The translations under genes were made by a program, and so were the position numbers. Positions 20,522 to 29,062 of a DNA stretch of 64,000 nt are shown piece by piece; the first letter of the stretch is position 1, and each line of letters opens with the position of its first letter. The notes beneath the pieces were generated by a model, which did not search any database, was not told the origin of the DNA, and worked only from the letters and a program-made list of their open reading frames with translations. The DNA is from Candidatus Forterrea multitransposorum CG_2015-17_Forterrea_25_41 (GTDB lineage Archaea; Iainarchaeota; Iainarchaeia; Iainarchaeales; CSSED10-239). The stretch is from the NCBI GenBank assembly GCA_009392915.1, contig CP045477.1, positions 352,001-416,000 on the forward strand. The letters are read 5' to 3'.

Positions 20522-20603
20522 AAATCATCACATATATATAATTTGTAAATATTAATAGTAGATAAAGAATATAAACCTTTGGTAGTTTCTTTTTTGAAAG
20601 AAA

Positions 20604-21185
20604 CTATTTTCTAAAACATTTAGTACATCTTGCTTGGTAACTATCAGTTCCACCTAAAACAACAGTTTCCTTAGATTCTCCTAAACGATATGTTTTAGTT
20701 GCAGTTTCTCCACAATGATTACAAACAGCATCTAAATGTATTAAAAAATCTGAAAGTGCCATTAATGTTCCAATATGTTCTTTTTTATCTTTAAAAGGAA
20801 AAGGTTTTCCTTCAAAGGTCTGGTTTAAACCACATGTAAAAACATTTATTCCTTTTTTTGAAACTTCTAAAATTACATCTATAATATCTGATGTAAAAAA
20901 TTGCACTTCATCTATAAAGATATTAACTAAAGGTATTTCTTTACTTCTTTGAGAAGATAAATATTCTTCTACATTCTTTAAAATTTCTAAAGGAGAATTA
21001 ACAACAATTGCTTCTTCTTTAATACCATTATGGTTAACAATTGATTTTTCATCATATCTATTATCAAGTTTAGGTTTAAAGACAAAAGAATGTCTTTTTG
21101 CAACCTCTTCTCTTGACTTAAGTCTTAGAAGTTCTGTTGTTTTTCCTGAAAACATTGGTCCTGTTATTGTAGTTATTTTTCCCAT
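20604..21185 (-). CDS. tdk: thymidine kinase
   Basis: P-loop GPMFSGKTTELL, FIDEVQFF, and C-terminal zinc ribbon CNHCG...CTKCF. Confidence 0.85.
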   Translation of the reverse strand: MGKITTITGPMFSGKTTELLRLKSREEVAKRHSFVFKPKLDNRYDEKSIVNHNGIKEEAIVVNSPLEILKNVEEYLSSQRSKEIPLVNIFIDEVQFFTSDIIDVILEVSKKGINVFTCGLNQTFEGKPFPFKDKKEHIGTLMALSDFLIHLDAVCNHCGETATKTYRLGESKETVVLGGTDSYQARCTKCFRK

Positions 21186-21206
21186 ATCTATATCACATTA
21201 ATAAAT

Positions 21207-22001
21207 TTAATAAAAACGAGATTTAACCCCTAAAAGTAAATCTGTAAAATAAAGCTCTATTTTACCATCTTTATTTCTTTTGTAAAAAATATTTGAAAAA
21301 TTTTCAAAATCACCTATTCTTTTTTGATTAAAATCTGGTTTCGTAGGAATTTTTTTATGTTCTTGAATTAATTTAATTTTATTATTAATTTCAATAAGTT
21401 CTGTTTTAGTTAATAATTTTTGATTAAAATCTTTTTGTAAATTCTTAAGACCTGTAAAATCATAGACAATAACACTTTCTCTTTTACTTAGGTTTGTAAA
21501 TGCAAAATGTGGCTTTATTGTATTTACACCAAATTTTTGAAAAACTTGATTTGCAAGAAACTCATTGTTTGCAAGATAGTCTTCTTGTGTTACTTTTAGA
21601 AAAAAAGATTTTTTTTCACCCTTATCTTTTAAAAATAAATTTAACTTTAATAATTTTAGATTGTTAAAGCTATTGTTCTCTTTAATTGGTCTTATCTCTA
21701 AACTAAACTTTTTGGTGTTATGTATTGAATGTTTTGAAGTTTGAAAAATTCCTTTTGAAATAAGCTTTACAAGTTCAGGGTATTCTTTAATTAATTTTTT
21801 ACCTAAAACACTAAGATGCATAACTTCTGATTTATTTAATTTAACTGAATAAAACTGAGTTTTAGAGTTTATCTTCAAAACTTTTAATTGTTTTTCGCCT
21901 TGGTTTACAACTCTTCTTTTAACTTTAAAATTAGGATTAATGTTACCAATAGAAACAACTGGTTTTTTATTTGAAAATAATCTTTTAAAAAATCCAACCA
22001 T
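21207..22001 (-). CDS. divergent protein-kinase-like (ELK) fold protein, unknown function; paralog of 35151-36044
   Basis: FFLKV (beta3 Lys-like), IKPHFAF, DFTGLKN, IGDFENFSNIFYKR (catalytic-loop-like) and YFTDLL (DFG-like). Collinear with the second copy. Confidence 0.4.
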   Translation of the reverse strand: MVGFFKRLFSNKKPVVSIGNINPNFKVKRRVVNQGEKQLKVLKINSKTQFYSVKLNKSEVMHLSVLGKKLIKEYPELVKLISKGIFQTSKHSIHNTKKFSLEIRPIKENNSFNNLKLLKLNLFLKDKGEKKSFFLKVTQEDYLANNEFLANQVFQKFGVNTIKPHFAFTNLSKRESVIVYDFTGLKNLQKDFNQKLLTKTELIEINNKIKLIQEHKKIPTKPDFNQKRIGDFENFSNIFYKRNKDGKIELYFTDLLLGVKSRFY

Positions 22002-22026
22002 ATCTATCTACTTTTTATTAAAAAAA

Positions 22027-22320
22027 TATAGTGGTTTACTATAAGCCGCTTTATGTATTTAATAGCAATTAATCTAAGCGGAGATTTAAAAAAACTCCTT
22101 GCACCAATTTTTGCTTCCTGCATGATTTCAGCCTCTTTCTTCTCCCCTCAGTTTTACACATCACAGGTTTTTAAAAGGAAAAGAACCGTCTTGTTTCTGT
22201 TCAGGCATGCAAAAGCCCCATTAAGGACTTTATTTTTTTTTTAAAATATTTGGTGAGCGGACCTTCCTCAGATATTTAGAATTACTCTAAATAAATGTGC
22301 TAAACATAAACCACTATATA
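22027..22320. ncRNA. GC-enriched non-coding island bounded by 12-bp perfect inverted repeats (TATAGTGGTTTA / TAAACCACTATA); candidate structured ncRNA or MITE-like element
   Basis: No credible ORF; the 63-aa track ORF is low-complexity. Local GC is clearly above the surrounding sequence. An oligo-T run sits at 22236-22248 on the plus strand. Internal hairpins include CCGCTT/AAGCGG and GGAG/CTCC. Confidence 0.35.
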
Positions 22321-22348
22321 TAATATAAAGAAAAAATAGTTTATAAAG

Positions 22349-23050
22349 CTATTTATAAGCTTTATAAATTTCATTAAAAATAATAAATGTTACAAATATA
22401 TAAATATAGATAAATATTATTGTAAAAATACCTATTAAATAATAACTAATACTAGGAAATAGTAAAGTTAATATTGAAAGAACTAGTATATATCCTATTA
22501 GAAGAATAATTAAATATCCTAAAAGATAGAAAAAAGAAACTAACATATTTTTTGTAAAAACTATTTTAAAATGTTTTTTAAAATTAAAAAAATCTTCAAA
22601 TCTACCTGATTTAATATAAGACATATAACCTATGTTTTTTACAAATTCTAAAACTAAATAACAAAAAATAACTATAATTAACAATAGAATAACTATTAAT
22701 AGACCTGAATTAAATGAAAAAACATTTTCAACATCTATACTTGATTTAAGTAAAAATACTGGTATTAACAATATTATTGATATAATACCTTGAAATATTA
22801 AATATAAAAAAGATGCTATAAAATAAACTACAGATAGTTCAAATATTTTTAAAATTGTTTTAGAATTATAATTTTTAAGACTTGATAAAATATTTGCACC
22901 AACAAGTCCTATTGATAAAAAAACAGTTAAAATAATTGAAATTAAAGAAGCTGTACTTCCTAAAATAGTAATTAAGCTTAATATTAATATTATAAGTAAA
23001 AACTTAAAATTAATAAAAGGTATTTTTAAAGAGTTTTTAAATTCCATCAT
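22349..23050 (-). CDS. polytopic membrane protein, unknown function
   Basis: About 6 predicted TM segments and no motifs. Confidence 0.5.
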   Translation of the reverse strand: MMEFKNSLKIPFINFKFLLIILILSLITILGSTASLISIILTVFLSIGLVGANILSSLKNYNSKTILKIFELSVVYFIASFLYLIFQGIISIILLIPVFLLKSSIDVENVFSFNSGLLIVILLLIIVIFCYLVLEFVKNIGYMSYIKSGRFEDFFNFKKHFKIVFTKNMLVSFFYLLGYLIILLIGYILVLSILTLLFPSISYYLIGIFTIIFIYIYIFVTFIIFNEIYKAYK

Positions 23051-23150
23051 AATTAATCAATTAAACATATTTATTTTATATCATATAATTATAGATAGAA
23101 AAGTATAAATAGATATTTAAAATTAGAAAATTAAGTTAAAAGAAGAAAAA

Positions 23151-24092
23151 CTATCTTCTTTTCTTAATAAGAGAAGATCTTGGTTTTTTATCTTCTTTTT
23201 TCAAAACAGTAGTTTTTGGCTTAGGTGTTATATAACGTGCATATTTTAAAAATAAACTATGATTACTTGATTTACTTGGATCAACAACACTTAAAATTCC
23301 AATTTTGTTTTTCTTATTTATGAAGATAATATCAAAATTAAAGTATTTTTTACCTTTTTCATAACCAATACCAACACCAGGCATAAATAAAGATTTATCT
23401 CCCTTAATATTATAAGTTCCTCTAACTTGCCAGTACATATCTTTTAACTTAGTATCTCTAGCACTGAAAAAACCAAGAGCAGCTGTAAATGATTTTTTTT
23501 TGTCAGCAGCAAAATTAACCTCACCTATTCCAGAATAATTAGTTAATTTACCATTATTAAAATTTAAACTTACTGCACCTAATACTTTTTTACTAATTAA
23601 AGCAGCTTGTGCTCTAGAACCTTTTGATGCTTCAACAATATTAAATCCTTCAAGTTTATAATTATTTAATTTTTTATCAAAACCAATTTTTAAATTTATT
23701 TCTTTACCAAAAATTTTTGAAAGATTTGCAGCAAGGTTTACTTGTTCAAATAATTTATCAGTAGTAGGTTTTTTATCAAATAATAATGTATTTGTACCTA
23801 CAGTTAAACCTAAATTATATTTCCCTTCCATAAATTTATTTTTAAAATCAGCACCATATCTGGCTTCAAATGATTGAAATAAAAAATCTTTTTGAGTTAT
23901 GGTTGTACTTAATAAAGCAACACCATTTTTTTCCATAGAAGGTGTTAAACCAGCATAATTAGACAATTGCTGTGCTTTCACAGCAGGTAAAGTTAATGAA
24001 CCTATAACAATAGGTAACCCTGCAACTAATATCTTTGAATCTTTTAAAACTGCAGAAACAAAATCTTTAAAATCATTAAATTTATAAGTCAT
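23151..24092 (-). CDS. hypothetical secreted protein with alternating-hydrophobicity (beta-strand-like) segments and a basic C-terminal tail
   Basis: N-terminal hydrophobic segment ILVAGLPIVIGSLTLPAVKA. Stretches of alternating hydrophobic residues. Ends ...LIKKRR. Confidence 0.45.
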   Translation of the reverse strand: MTYKFNDFKDFVSAVLKDSKILVAGLPIVIGSLTLPAVKAQQLSNYAGLTPSMEKNGVALLSTTITQKDFLFQSFEARYGADFKNKFMEGKYNLGLTVGTNTLLFDKKPTTDKLFEQVNLAANLSKIFGKEINLKIGFDKKLNNYKLEGFNIVEASKGSRAQAALISKKVLGAVSLNFNNGKLTNYSGIGEVNFAADKKKSFTAALGFFSARDTKLKDMYWQVRGTYNIKGDKSLFMPGVGIGYEKGKKYFNFDIIFINKKNKIGILSVVDPSKSSNHSLFLKYARYITPKPKTTVLKKEDKKPRSSLIKKRR

Positions 24093-24200
24093 AATTAATT
24101 TTCCTTTTTTATAAATATTTTAAACAACAATTAATTTATAAAGATATTCTTTTACTTATTAATTATAATAGATTAAAAGAAATTAAAAAGAAGAACAAAA

Positions 24201-24776
24201 ATGATAAAGAAGTATGATAATTTAGCTTTATTAATACACCCAATGTATTCAATAGTTACTGACATATATAGAAATACAACAGGTATGGGTAAAATCACTT
24301 TTAAAGAAATGGAAAGTGAATATGTAAAGAGATTAAATGTCTATAAAGAAAGTATTTCTTCTTTTAAAAACACAAATACTCTTTTTGTACTTGTTGAACC
24401 TACAAAAGATTTAATGAATTTTAAATTAGAATTTTTCTATAAGCATATGATGGAAGATTTATATGTTTTTGCAAAAAAAGAACTTGGTCTTTCTTTTAGA
24501 AAAATAACAGATCTTAATTATCTTTCAGATATTAAAAAAATAACACCTACTCTTAAAAAAAATATTGGAGTTTTTTCTTTTGGAGAGCATAGAGAAGTTT
24601 GTGTTAAAACATTTAATGAATATACAATTAATTTTTTAAAAGAAAATAATTTTAAACCTATTTCTAAAGGAATACAAATAAAATTTTCATTTGATATTGA
24701 AAATAAAAGATTAAGACAAGTTCAAAAAGAAAAGCCTAAACCAAAGCCAAAAAAAATAATAAAAAAAAGAAGATAA
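24201..24776 (+). CDS. hypothetical protein with Lys/Pro-rich C-terminal tail
   Basis: ORF track. Ends KEKPKPKPKKIIKKRR. Transcribed divergently from 23151-24092. Confidence 0.45.
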   Translation: MIKKYDNLALLIHPMYSIVTDIYRNTTGMGKITFKEMESEYVKRLNVYKESISSFKNTNTLFVLVEPTKDLMNFKLEFFYKHMMEDLYVFAKKELGLSFRKITDLNYLSDIKKITPTLKKNIGVFSFGEHREVCVKTFNEYTINFLKENNFKPISKGIQIKFSFDIENKRLRQVQKEKPKPKPKKIIKKRR

Positions 24777-24781
24777 GAAAT

Positions 24782-24937
24782 TTAAGCCATTAATATTTCT
24801 GTATGACCAAAACATCCACAAGAGTCAGAACCGCAATCTCCTGCTTGTAAAATATCTGTATGTGTGAAACATCCACAAGAGTCTGAACCGCAATCTCCTG
24901 CTTGTAAAGTATTTAAATTAAAATTTTCTGTATTCAT
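24782..24937 (-). CDS. 51-aa Cys-rich peptide with a perfect tandem duplication of a 20-aa unit (LQAGDCGSDSCGCF[TG]HT[DE]IL)
   Basis: Hand translation gives MNTENFNLNTLQAGDCGSDSCGCFTHTDILQAGDCGSDSCGCFGHTEILMA. The SD-like AAGAGGT lies 8 nt upstream with a TATA-like box further upstream. Not in the ORF track because it is under 60 aa. Confidence 0.45.
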   Translation of the reverse strand: MNTENFNLNTLQAGDCGSDSCGCFTHTDILQAGDCGSDSCGCFGHTEILMA

Positions 24938-24997
24938 ATTTTATAACCTCTTTATATATTTTAATTATTAAAAAAAATAGTTTTTAAAAATAATATT

Positions 24998-25025
24998 CGC
25001 CTGCAAGCTTGGCGGAAAGCTTAAG
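24998..25025 (-). promoter_or_regulatory. conserved 28-nt tRNA 3' trailer hairpin (CTTAAGCTTTCCGCCAAGCTTGCAGGCG) directly after tRNA-Ala
   Basis: Identical, apart from one base, to the trailer after tRNA-Gly at 30261-30288. Contains two palindromic AAGCTT hexamers that can form a 6-bp stem. Confidence 0.5.
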
Positions 25026-25098
25026 TGGACTCTGCGAGATTCGAACTCGCGGCCTCGTCCTTGCAAGGGACGCGCTCTACCAGCTGAGCTAAGAGCCC
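25026..25098 (-). tRNA. tRNA-Ala (TGC)
   Basis: Hand-folded. G3:U70 identity pair. Anticodon loop CTTGCAA. T-arm CGAGTTCGAATCTCG. No encoded CCA. Confidence 0.9.
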
Positions 25099-25265
25099 TA
25101 ATAACTATTGAACCAATATATTATATATATTATAGAACAAAAATATTTATAAACACATCAGATTTATTTTTAATCAAAATTATAAAAATAAAATTATGGA
25201 CTGATAAATATACTTTTAAAAAAATATTATTAAATAAAAAAAGAAAAATTTCTTATAATTAAAGA

Positions 25266-25300
25266 AATTTTGATGTGTGGAAGAAAAACAAACACTTCAG
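25266..25300 (-). promoter_or_regulatory. 3' half of 16S rRNA processing stem (UCUUCCACACAUC...)
   Basis: Complementary to GAUGUGGAAGA upstream of the 16S 5' end (26918-26928), with a 2-nt bulge. This is the typical archaeal pre-16S bulge-helix-bulge (BHB) / processing helix context. Confidence 0.45.
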
Positions 25301-25364
25301 GTTAGGTAAGTTTTTAAAACTTTTAAAATAACAACTAACATTTAGTCATTATATAAAATAGGAG

Positions 25365-26854
25365 GTGATCCGTCCGCAGGTTCCCCTACGGACACCTTGT
25401 TACAACTTAGTCTACCTCGCGAAATATAGAATAACTTTATCCTTTAGTAGAGTAAAGTTCATCAACACTCCACTCGGTTGGCTTGATGGGCGGTGTGTGC
25501 AAGGCGCAGGGACATATTCACCGCGTGATAGTGACACGCGATTACTGGGGATTCCAGCTTCATGAGGGTGAGTTGCAACCCTCAATCCGGACTTAGACTA
25601 AGTTTTTGAGATTGCCACCCCTTTTCAGGTTAGATACTCTTTGTCTTAGCCATTGTATGCCGCGTGTTGCCCAGAACATTCACGCTATACAGACCTACCT
25701 TCGCCCACTCCTTCCTCATTGTTACCAATGCAGTCCTATTAGAGTGCCTTCTTTTGCAAGCAAAAAAAGTAGCAACTAATAGCATGGGTCTCGCCCGTTA
25801 CCTGAGTTAACAGGAAGCTTCACAGTACGAGCTGACGATGGCCATACAGCAGTTCTCAGCGCATCAGGTAACCCCTTCAGAGTGACCATCATATTGCTGT
25901 CAGCCCTGGTAAAATATCTGGCGTTTCATCCAATTAAACCGCAGCATCCACCCCTTGTAGTGCACCCCCGCCAATTCCATTAAGTTTCAGTCTTGCGACC
26001 ATACTTCCCAGGCGGTGAATTTAATGGTTTCCCTTCGGCCCTGAGCTAACTCGTAGTTAACCCAACACCTAATTCACATCGTTTACGGCTGGGACTAACC
26101 GGGTATCTAATCCGGGTTGCGCCCCCAGCTTTCGTATCTCACTGTCGAATCCGTACTCGTTAAGCGCCTTCGCCACAGGTGGTCTTTTTAGTATCTTAAG
26201 ATTCTACTCCTACTCTAAAAATACCCTTAACGTCTTCCGGTTCCTAGTCATGCCAGTATCTTTTGCAATTCAACTAGTTAGGCTAGCTGCTTTCACAAAA
26301 GACTTAACAAACCAGCTACACACGCTTTAAGCCAAATAATGCTGGATACCACTTGGGGATTACGTATTACCGCGGCGGCTGGCACGCATATTGCCCTCCC
26401 CTTATTCACATAGTTATTCACACTATATAAAAGCTTACATAGTAAGCACTTGGAATCTCTTTATCACGATTTCTCGCATTGTAAAAGTTTCGTAACTGCT
26501 GCACCCCGTAGGGCTAGGGACATTATCTCAGTTCCCTTCTCCGGGCTACCTCTCTCAAGGCCCGTACAGATCTTCGGCTTGGTAGGCAGTTACCCTACCA
26601 ACAACCTAATCTGGCGCAGTCCCATCCTTTCGCGCCAAAGAAGCATGATTCTTTGACCTTTAAAATAGTAATCATTCCAGATTTACTTTTTTATAGAGCA
26701 TTATACTCAGTTTCCCGAGTTTAACTCTTCAAAAGGGTAGGTTGACCACGTGTTACTGAGCCGTTCGCCAAAACCTCTCATAGCTGAGGCTTTAAGACTT
26801 GCATGTCTTAGTCAGATTCCAATAGCAGTATCCACCAGCAGGATCAGCTGGAAT
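25365..26854 (-). rRNA. 16S rRNA (archaeal)
   Basis: 5' ATTCCAGCTGATCCTGCTGG... and 3' ...GTAACAAGGTGTCCGTAGGGGAACCTGCGGACGGATCACCTCCT read on the minus strand. Universal segments (GTGCCAGCCGCCGCGGTAA etc.) present. About 1490 nt. Confidence 0.9.
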
Positions 26855-26904
26855 TGGATAATAAATTTGCACACTTTTCTAACACAGAGTGTTTTTGCTA
26901 AAAA

Positions 26905-26935
26905 TGTTTTCGTCTTATCTTCCACATCAGACTCA
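26905..26935 (-). promoter_or_regulatory. 5' half of 16S rRNA processing stem (GAUGUGGAAGA)
   Basis: Pairs with 25272-25284. Confidence 0.45.
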
Positions 26936-27080
26936 AAATAACTTGAGACCTCATAGTTTCCTAATAAATTAGGATCAAATGAGTTACTTTGCTAAATAGT
27001 TTAGCGCAGTAAAATAATACTAGTAGAGGTAAGTTTTTAAAGCTATTGTTTTTTACTTAGTAAAATTAGATTTTTTGAAT

Positions 27081-27100
27081 AACTTATATAAATACTTTTC
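27081..27100 (-). promoter_or_regulatory. putative rRNA promoter (BRE + TATA: GAAAAGTATTTATATAAG on the minus strand)
   Basis: Archaeal BRE/TATA-like box about 200 nt upstream of the mature 16S 5' end. Confidence 0.35.
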
Positions 27101-27126
27101 GCTTTAATCTGTAAAAAAAGTATTTT

Positions 27127-27585
27127 TTATTTTAAATCATTATTTTTTAAAATTTTTTTCAAGATTTTATCTTTATTTTTTTGATCAATAGGATGTCCAA
27201 CTAATGTTGTAATATAACCAGGATATTTTTCAAAATATACCCCACCAGATAATTCTCCAAACTTTTTATCATTAATTTTATGCATTGGATAAAGTTTAGT
27301 ATGTATATGATCTACTCCTTGTCCTTCAAAAACCATTGCAACTCTTTTAACCTTAAGACCTTTTTCTAAAATCTTAGCAACTTTTTTTGAAACTAACAAT
27401 AGTCTAGTATATACTTCTTCTGGAAGATTAAAAACATAAGAAGAATAATGTTTTTTTGTTAAGACTAAAGTTTGACCTTCAGTATTAGGATTACCATCTA
27501 ATATTGCAATAAAATCTTTATCTTCATAAACAATAGAAGCTTGCAGTTTTTTATCTGCAATCTTACAAAAAACACATTCTTTCAT
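27127..27585 (-). CDS. HIT-family (histidine triad) nucleotide hydrolase
   Basis: CVFCKI N-terminus and HIHTKLYP histidine triad. Confidence 0.75.
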   Translation of the reverse strand: MKECVFCKIADKKLQASIVYEDKDFIAILDGNPNTEGQTLVLTKKHYSSYVFNLPEEVYTRLLLVSKKVAKILEKGLKVKRVAMVFEGQGVDHIHTKLYPMHKINDKKFGELSGGVYFEKYPGYITTLVGHPIDQKNKDKILKKILKNNDLK

Positions 27586-27631
27586 AAATTAAAAAAATAG
27601 TAAGAGAGAAAAGTAAAATGCATCACTTTAT

Positions 27632-27763
27632 CTATGATGCAGCTCTTTTTCTTAAGTATCTTCTTTCTCTTCTTGTTTCTCTCATTTTTTTCTTTTTCCA
27701 TTTCCATCTTTGTCTGGATTTTGTTTTCTTAAATCTACTTGAATCTTTTTTTCTAGTACCCAT
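27632..27763 (-). CDS. rpl41e: ribosomal protein L41e (43 aa, not in the ORF track)
   Basis: Hand translation gives MGTRKKDSSRFKKTKSRQRWKWKKKKMRETRRERRYLRKRAAS. Extremely basic, with the RWKWKKK core characteristic of archaeal/eukaryotic L41e. Confidence 0.6.
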   Translation of the reverse strand: MGTRKKDSSRFKKTKSRQRWKWKKKKMRETRRERRYLRKRAAS

Positions 27764-27818
27764 GAATTTTCGCCTTTAATTTTAATATTAATTTTTTTTC
27801 CTTAACATATAAAGAAAA

Positions 27819-27892
27819 TGCTCTCGCCGGGATTCGAACCCGAGTCTCTGGCTTGAAAGGCCAGAATGATTACCGGACTACACCACAAGAGC
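27819..27892 (-). tRNA. tRNA-Glu (TTC)
   Basis: Hand-folded. Acceptor GCTCTTG/CGAGAGC. Anticodon stem-loop CTGGC-CTTTCAA-GCCAG. T-arm TCGGGTTCGAATCCCGG. Confidence 0.9.
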
Positions 27893-28109
27893 ATAAAGTC
27901 TTTTAGATTGATTTATTTTATAAAACTACAATAAAATAAGAAATATTATTTTGTAGTTTATAATATAAATAAGTAACGATTTATTTATATACTGTTTGTT
28001 TTTTTACTTCAGAGAAAAAACTCTTGTTTTAAATACCTTTTGTATGTTAAATATATAACATAATATATTAATATTTATAACAATTTAAAAATTATTAAGG
28101 TGAAACAAA

Positions 28110-28262
28110 ATGGAAACAATTGCAAAAGAAAGAAGATTAAAAAACATATGGGTTTGTATGTCATGTAATAATACAATGAGAAGTCCAAAGAAAATGGAAT
28201 ATTGTAATAAATGTGGTGCCATAAAAATCAGAGCTAAAAAGAAAGGAAAGAATGTAAAGTAA
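28110..28262 (+). CDS. rpl40e: ribosomal protein L40e (50 aa, zinc ribbon; not in the ORF track)
   Basis: Hand translation gives METIAKERRLKNIWVCMSCNNTMRSPKKMEYCNKCGAIKIRAKKKGKNVK, with the C-x2-C...C-x2-C pattern of L40e. Preceded by TTAAGGTGAAACAAA, the same SD context as lysS. Confidence 0.65.
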   Translation: METIAKERRLKNIWVCMSCNNTMRSPKKMEYCNKCGAIKIRAKKKGKNVK

Positions 28263-28264
28263 TT

Positions 28265-29062
28265 TTATTTTCTTTTAATTGGTCTAAAAATTTTTTTAGA
28301 CTCTCTACTTTTTATAAAAACATTTTTTTTAGAATCAAGAAGTCTTTTCTTCTTGATCTCAAAATTTTTTTCTATTTTTTTCTTAATATCATTTTCAATT
28401 ATATTTTCTAAAGAAATATTTTCTAACTTCAAGCCACCTTTAAGACCAGCCTGTATATATTGTCTTAATTGTCTATAATATTGAGAATTATCTTTATTTG
28501 TTTTAAAAGGAAGTTCTAAAAGAATATTTATTTTATTTTTATCAGCATATTTTTTAAATAAAGAAACAACTTTAACTCTCCAATTTTCATTAAGTTCTTT
28601 ATTTAATTTATCTAAATAAATTCTATTTTTTTCTAATAATTCAAGTTTATTATTATTTTTATTACTACCAATATATCCTTGAATATTACTTATTCTTAAA
28701 GTTATTTTATTATTCTTATTAATAGTAAAATAAATACCAAAAGTTGAAATTACATTCTTATTATAAGAAATTTGATATTCAATAATTGATTCAGGATGTA
28801 AATTTTCAAAAGGATTTACACGACTAACTTTAAATTTGTCATTTTTACCTAATTGTAAATTTTTTAAATTATTTTTTTCTAAAAATTGTAAATTTAATTT
28901 AAATGAATTTAAAATTTCTTCTTTAGAATGATTAGTATGCATAAGATCTATTAAATCAGATAATAAATGAACTTCTTTTGCATTTAAAGAACGTCCAACA
29001 TTATTTACAACATACTTTTTAATATCTAATTCATGCATCATAATAAATCTCTTTAAAACCAT
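28265..29062 (-). CDS. hypothetical protein (overlaps the fen start by 10 nt)
   Basis: ORF track; no motif recognised. Confidence 0.4.
   Translation of the reverse strand: MVLKRFIMMHELDIKKYVVNNVGRSLNAKEVHLLSDLIDLMHTNHSKEEILNSFKLNLQFLEKNNLKNLQLGKNDKFKVSRVNPFENLHPESIIEYQISYNKNVISTFGIYFTINKNNKITLRISNIQGYIGSNKNNNKLELLEKNRIYLDKLNKELNENWRVKVVSLFKKYADKNKINILLELPFKTNKDNSQYYRQLRQYIQAGLKGGLKLENISLENIIENDIKKKIEKNFEIKKKRLLDSKKNVFIKSRESKKIFRPIKRK

Noticed and set aside
22027-22320. Possible RNase P RNA on the minus strand (GAGGAAGGTCCGCTC resembling CR-I, ACAGAAACAAGACGG resembling CR-V, potential P4 pairing)
   Set aside because: The two motifs are only about 60 nt apart, with an A-run between them. CR-II/III/IV could not be placed in the right order. 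Treated as coincidence and reported only as an unassigned structured element.
25365-26941. Track ORFs 25365-25565, 26450-26656 and 26750-26941 (+)
   Set aside because: They lie entirely within the 16S rRNA gene; spurious.
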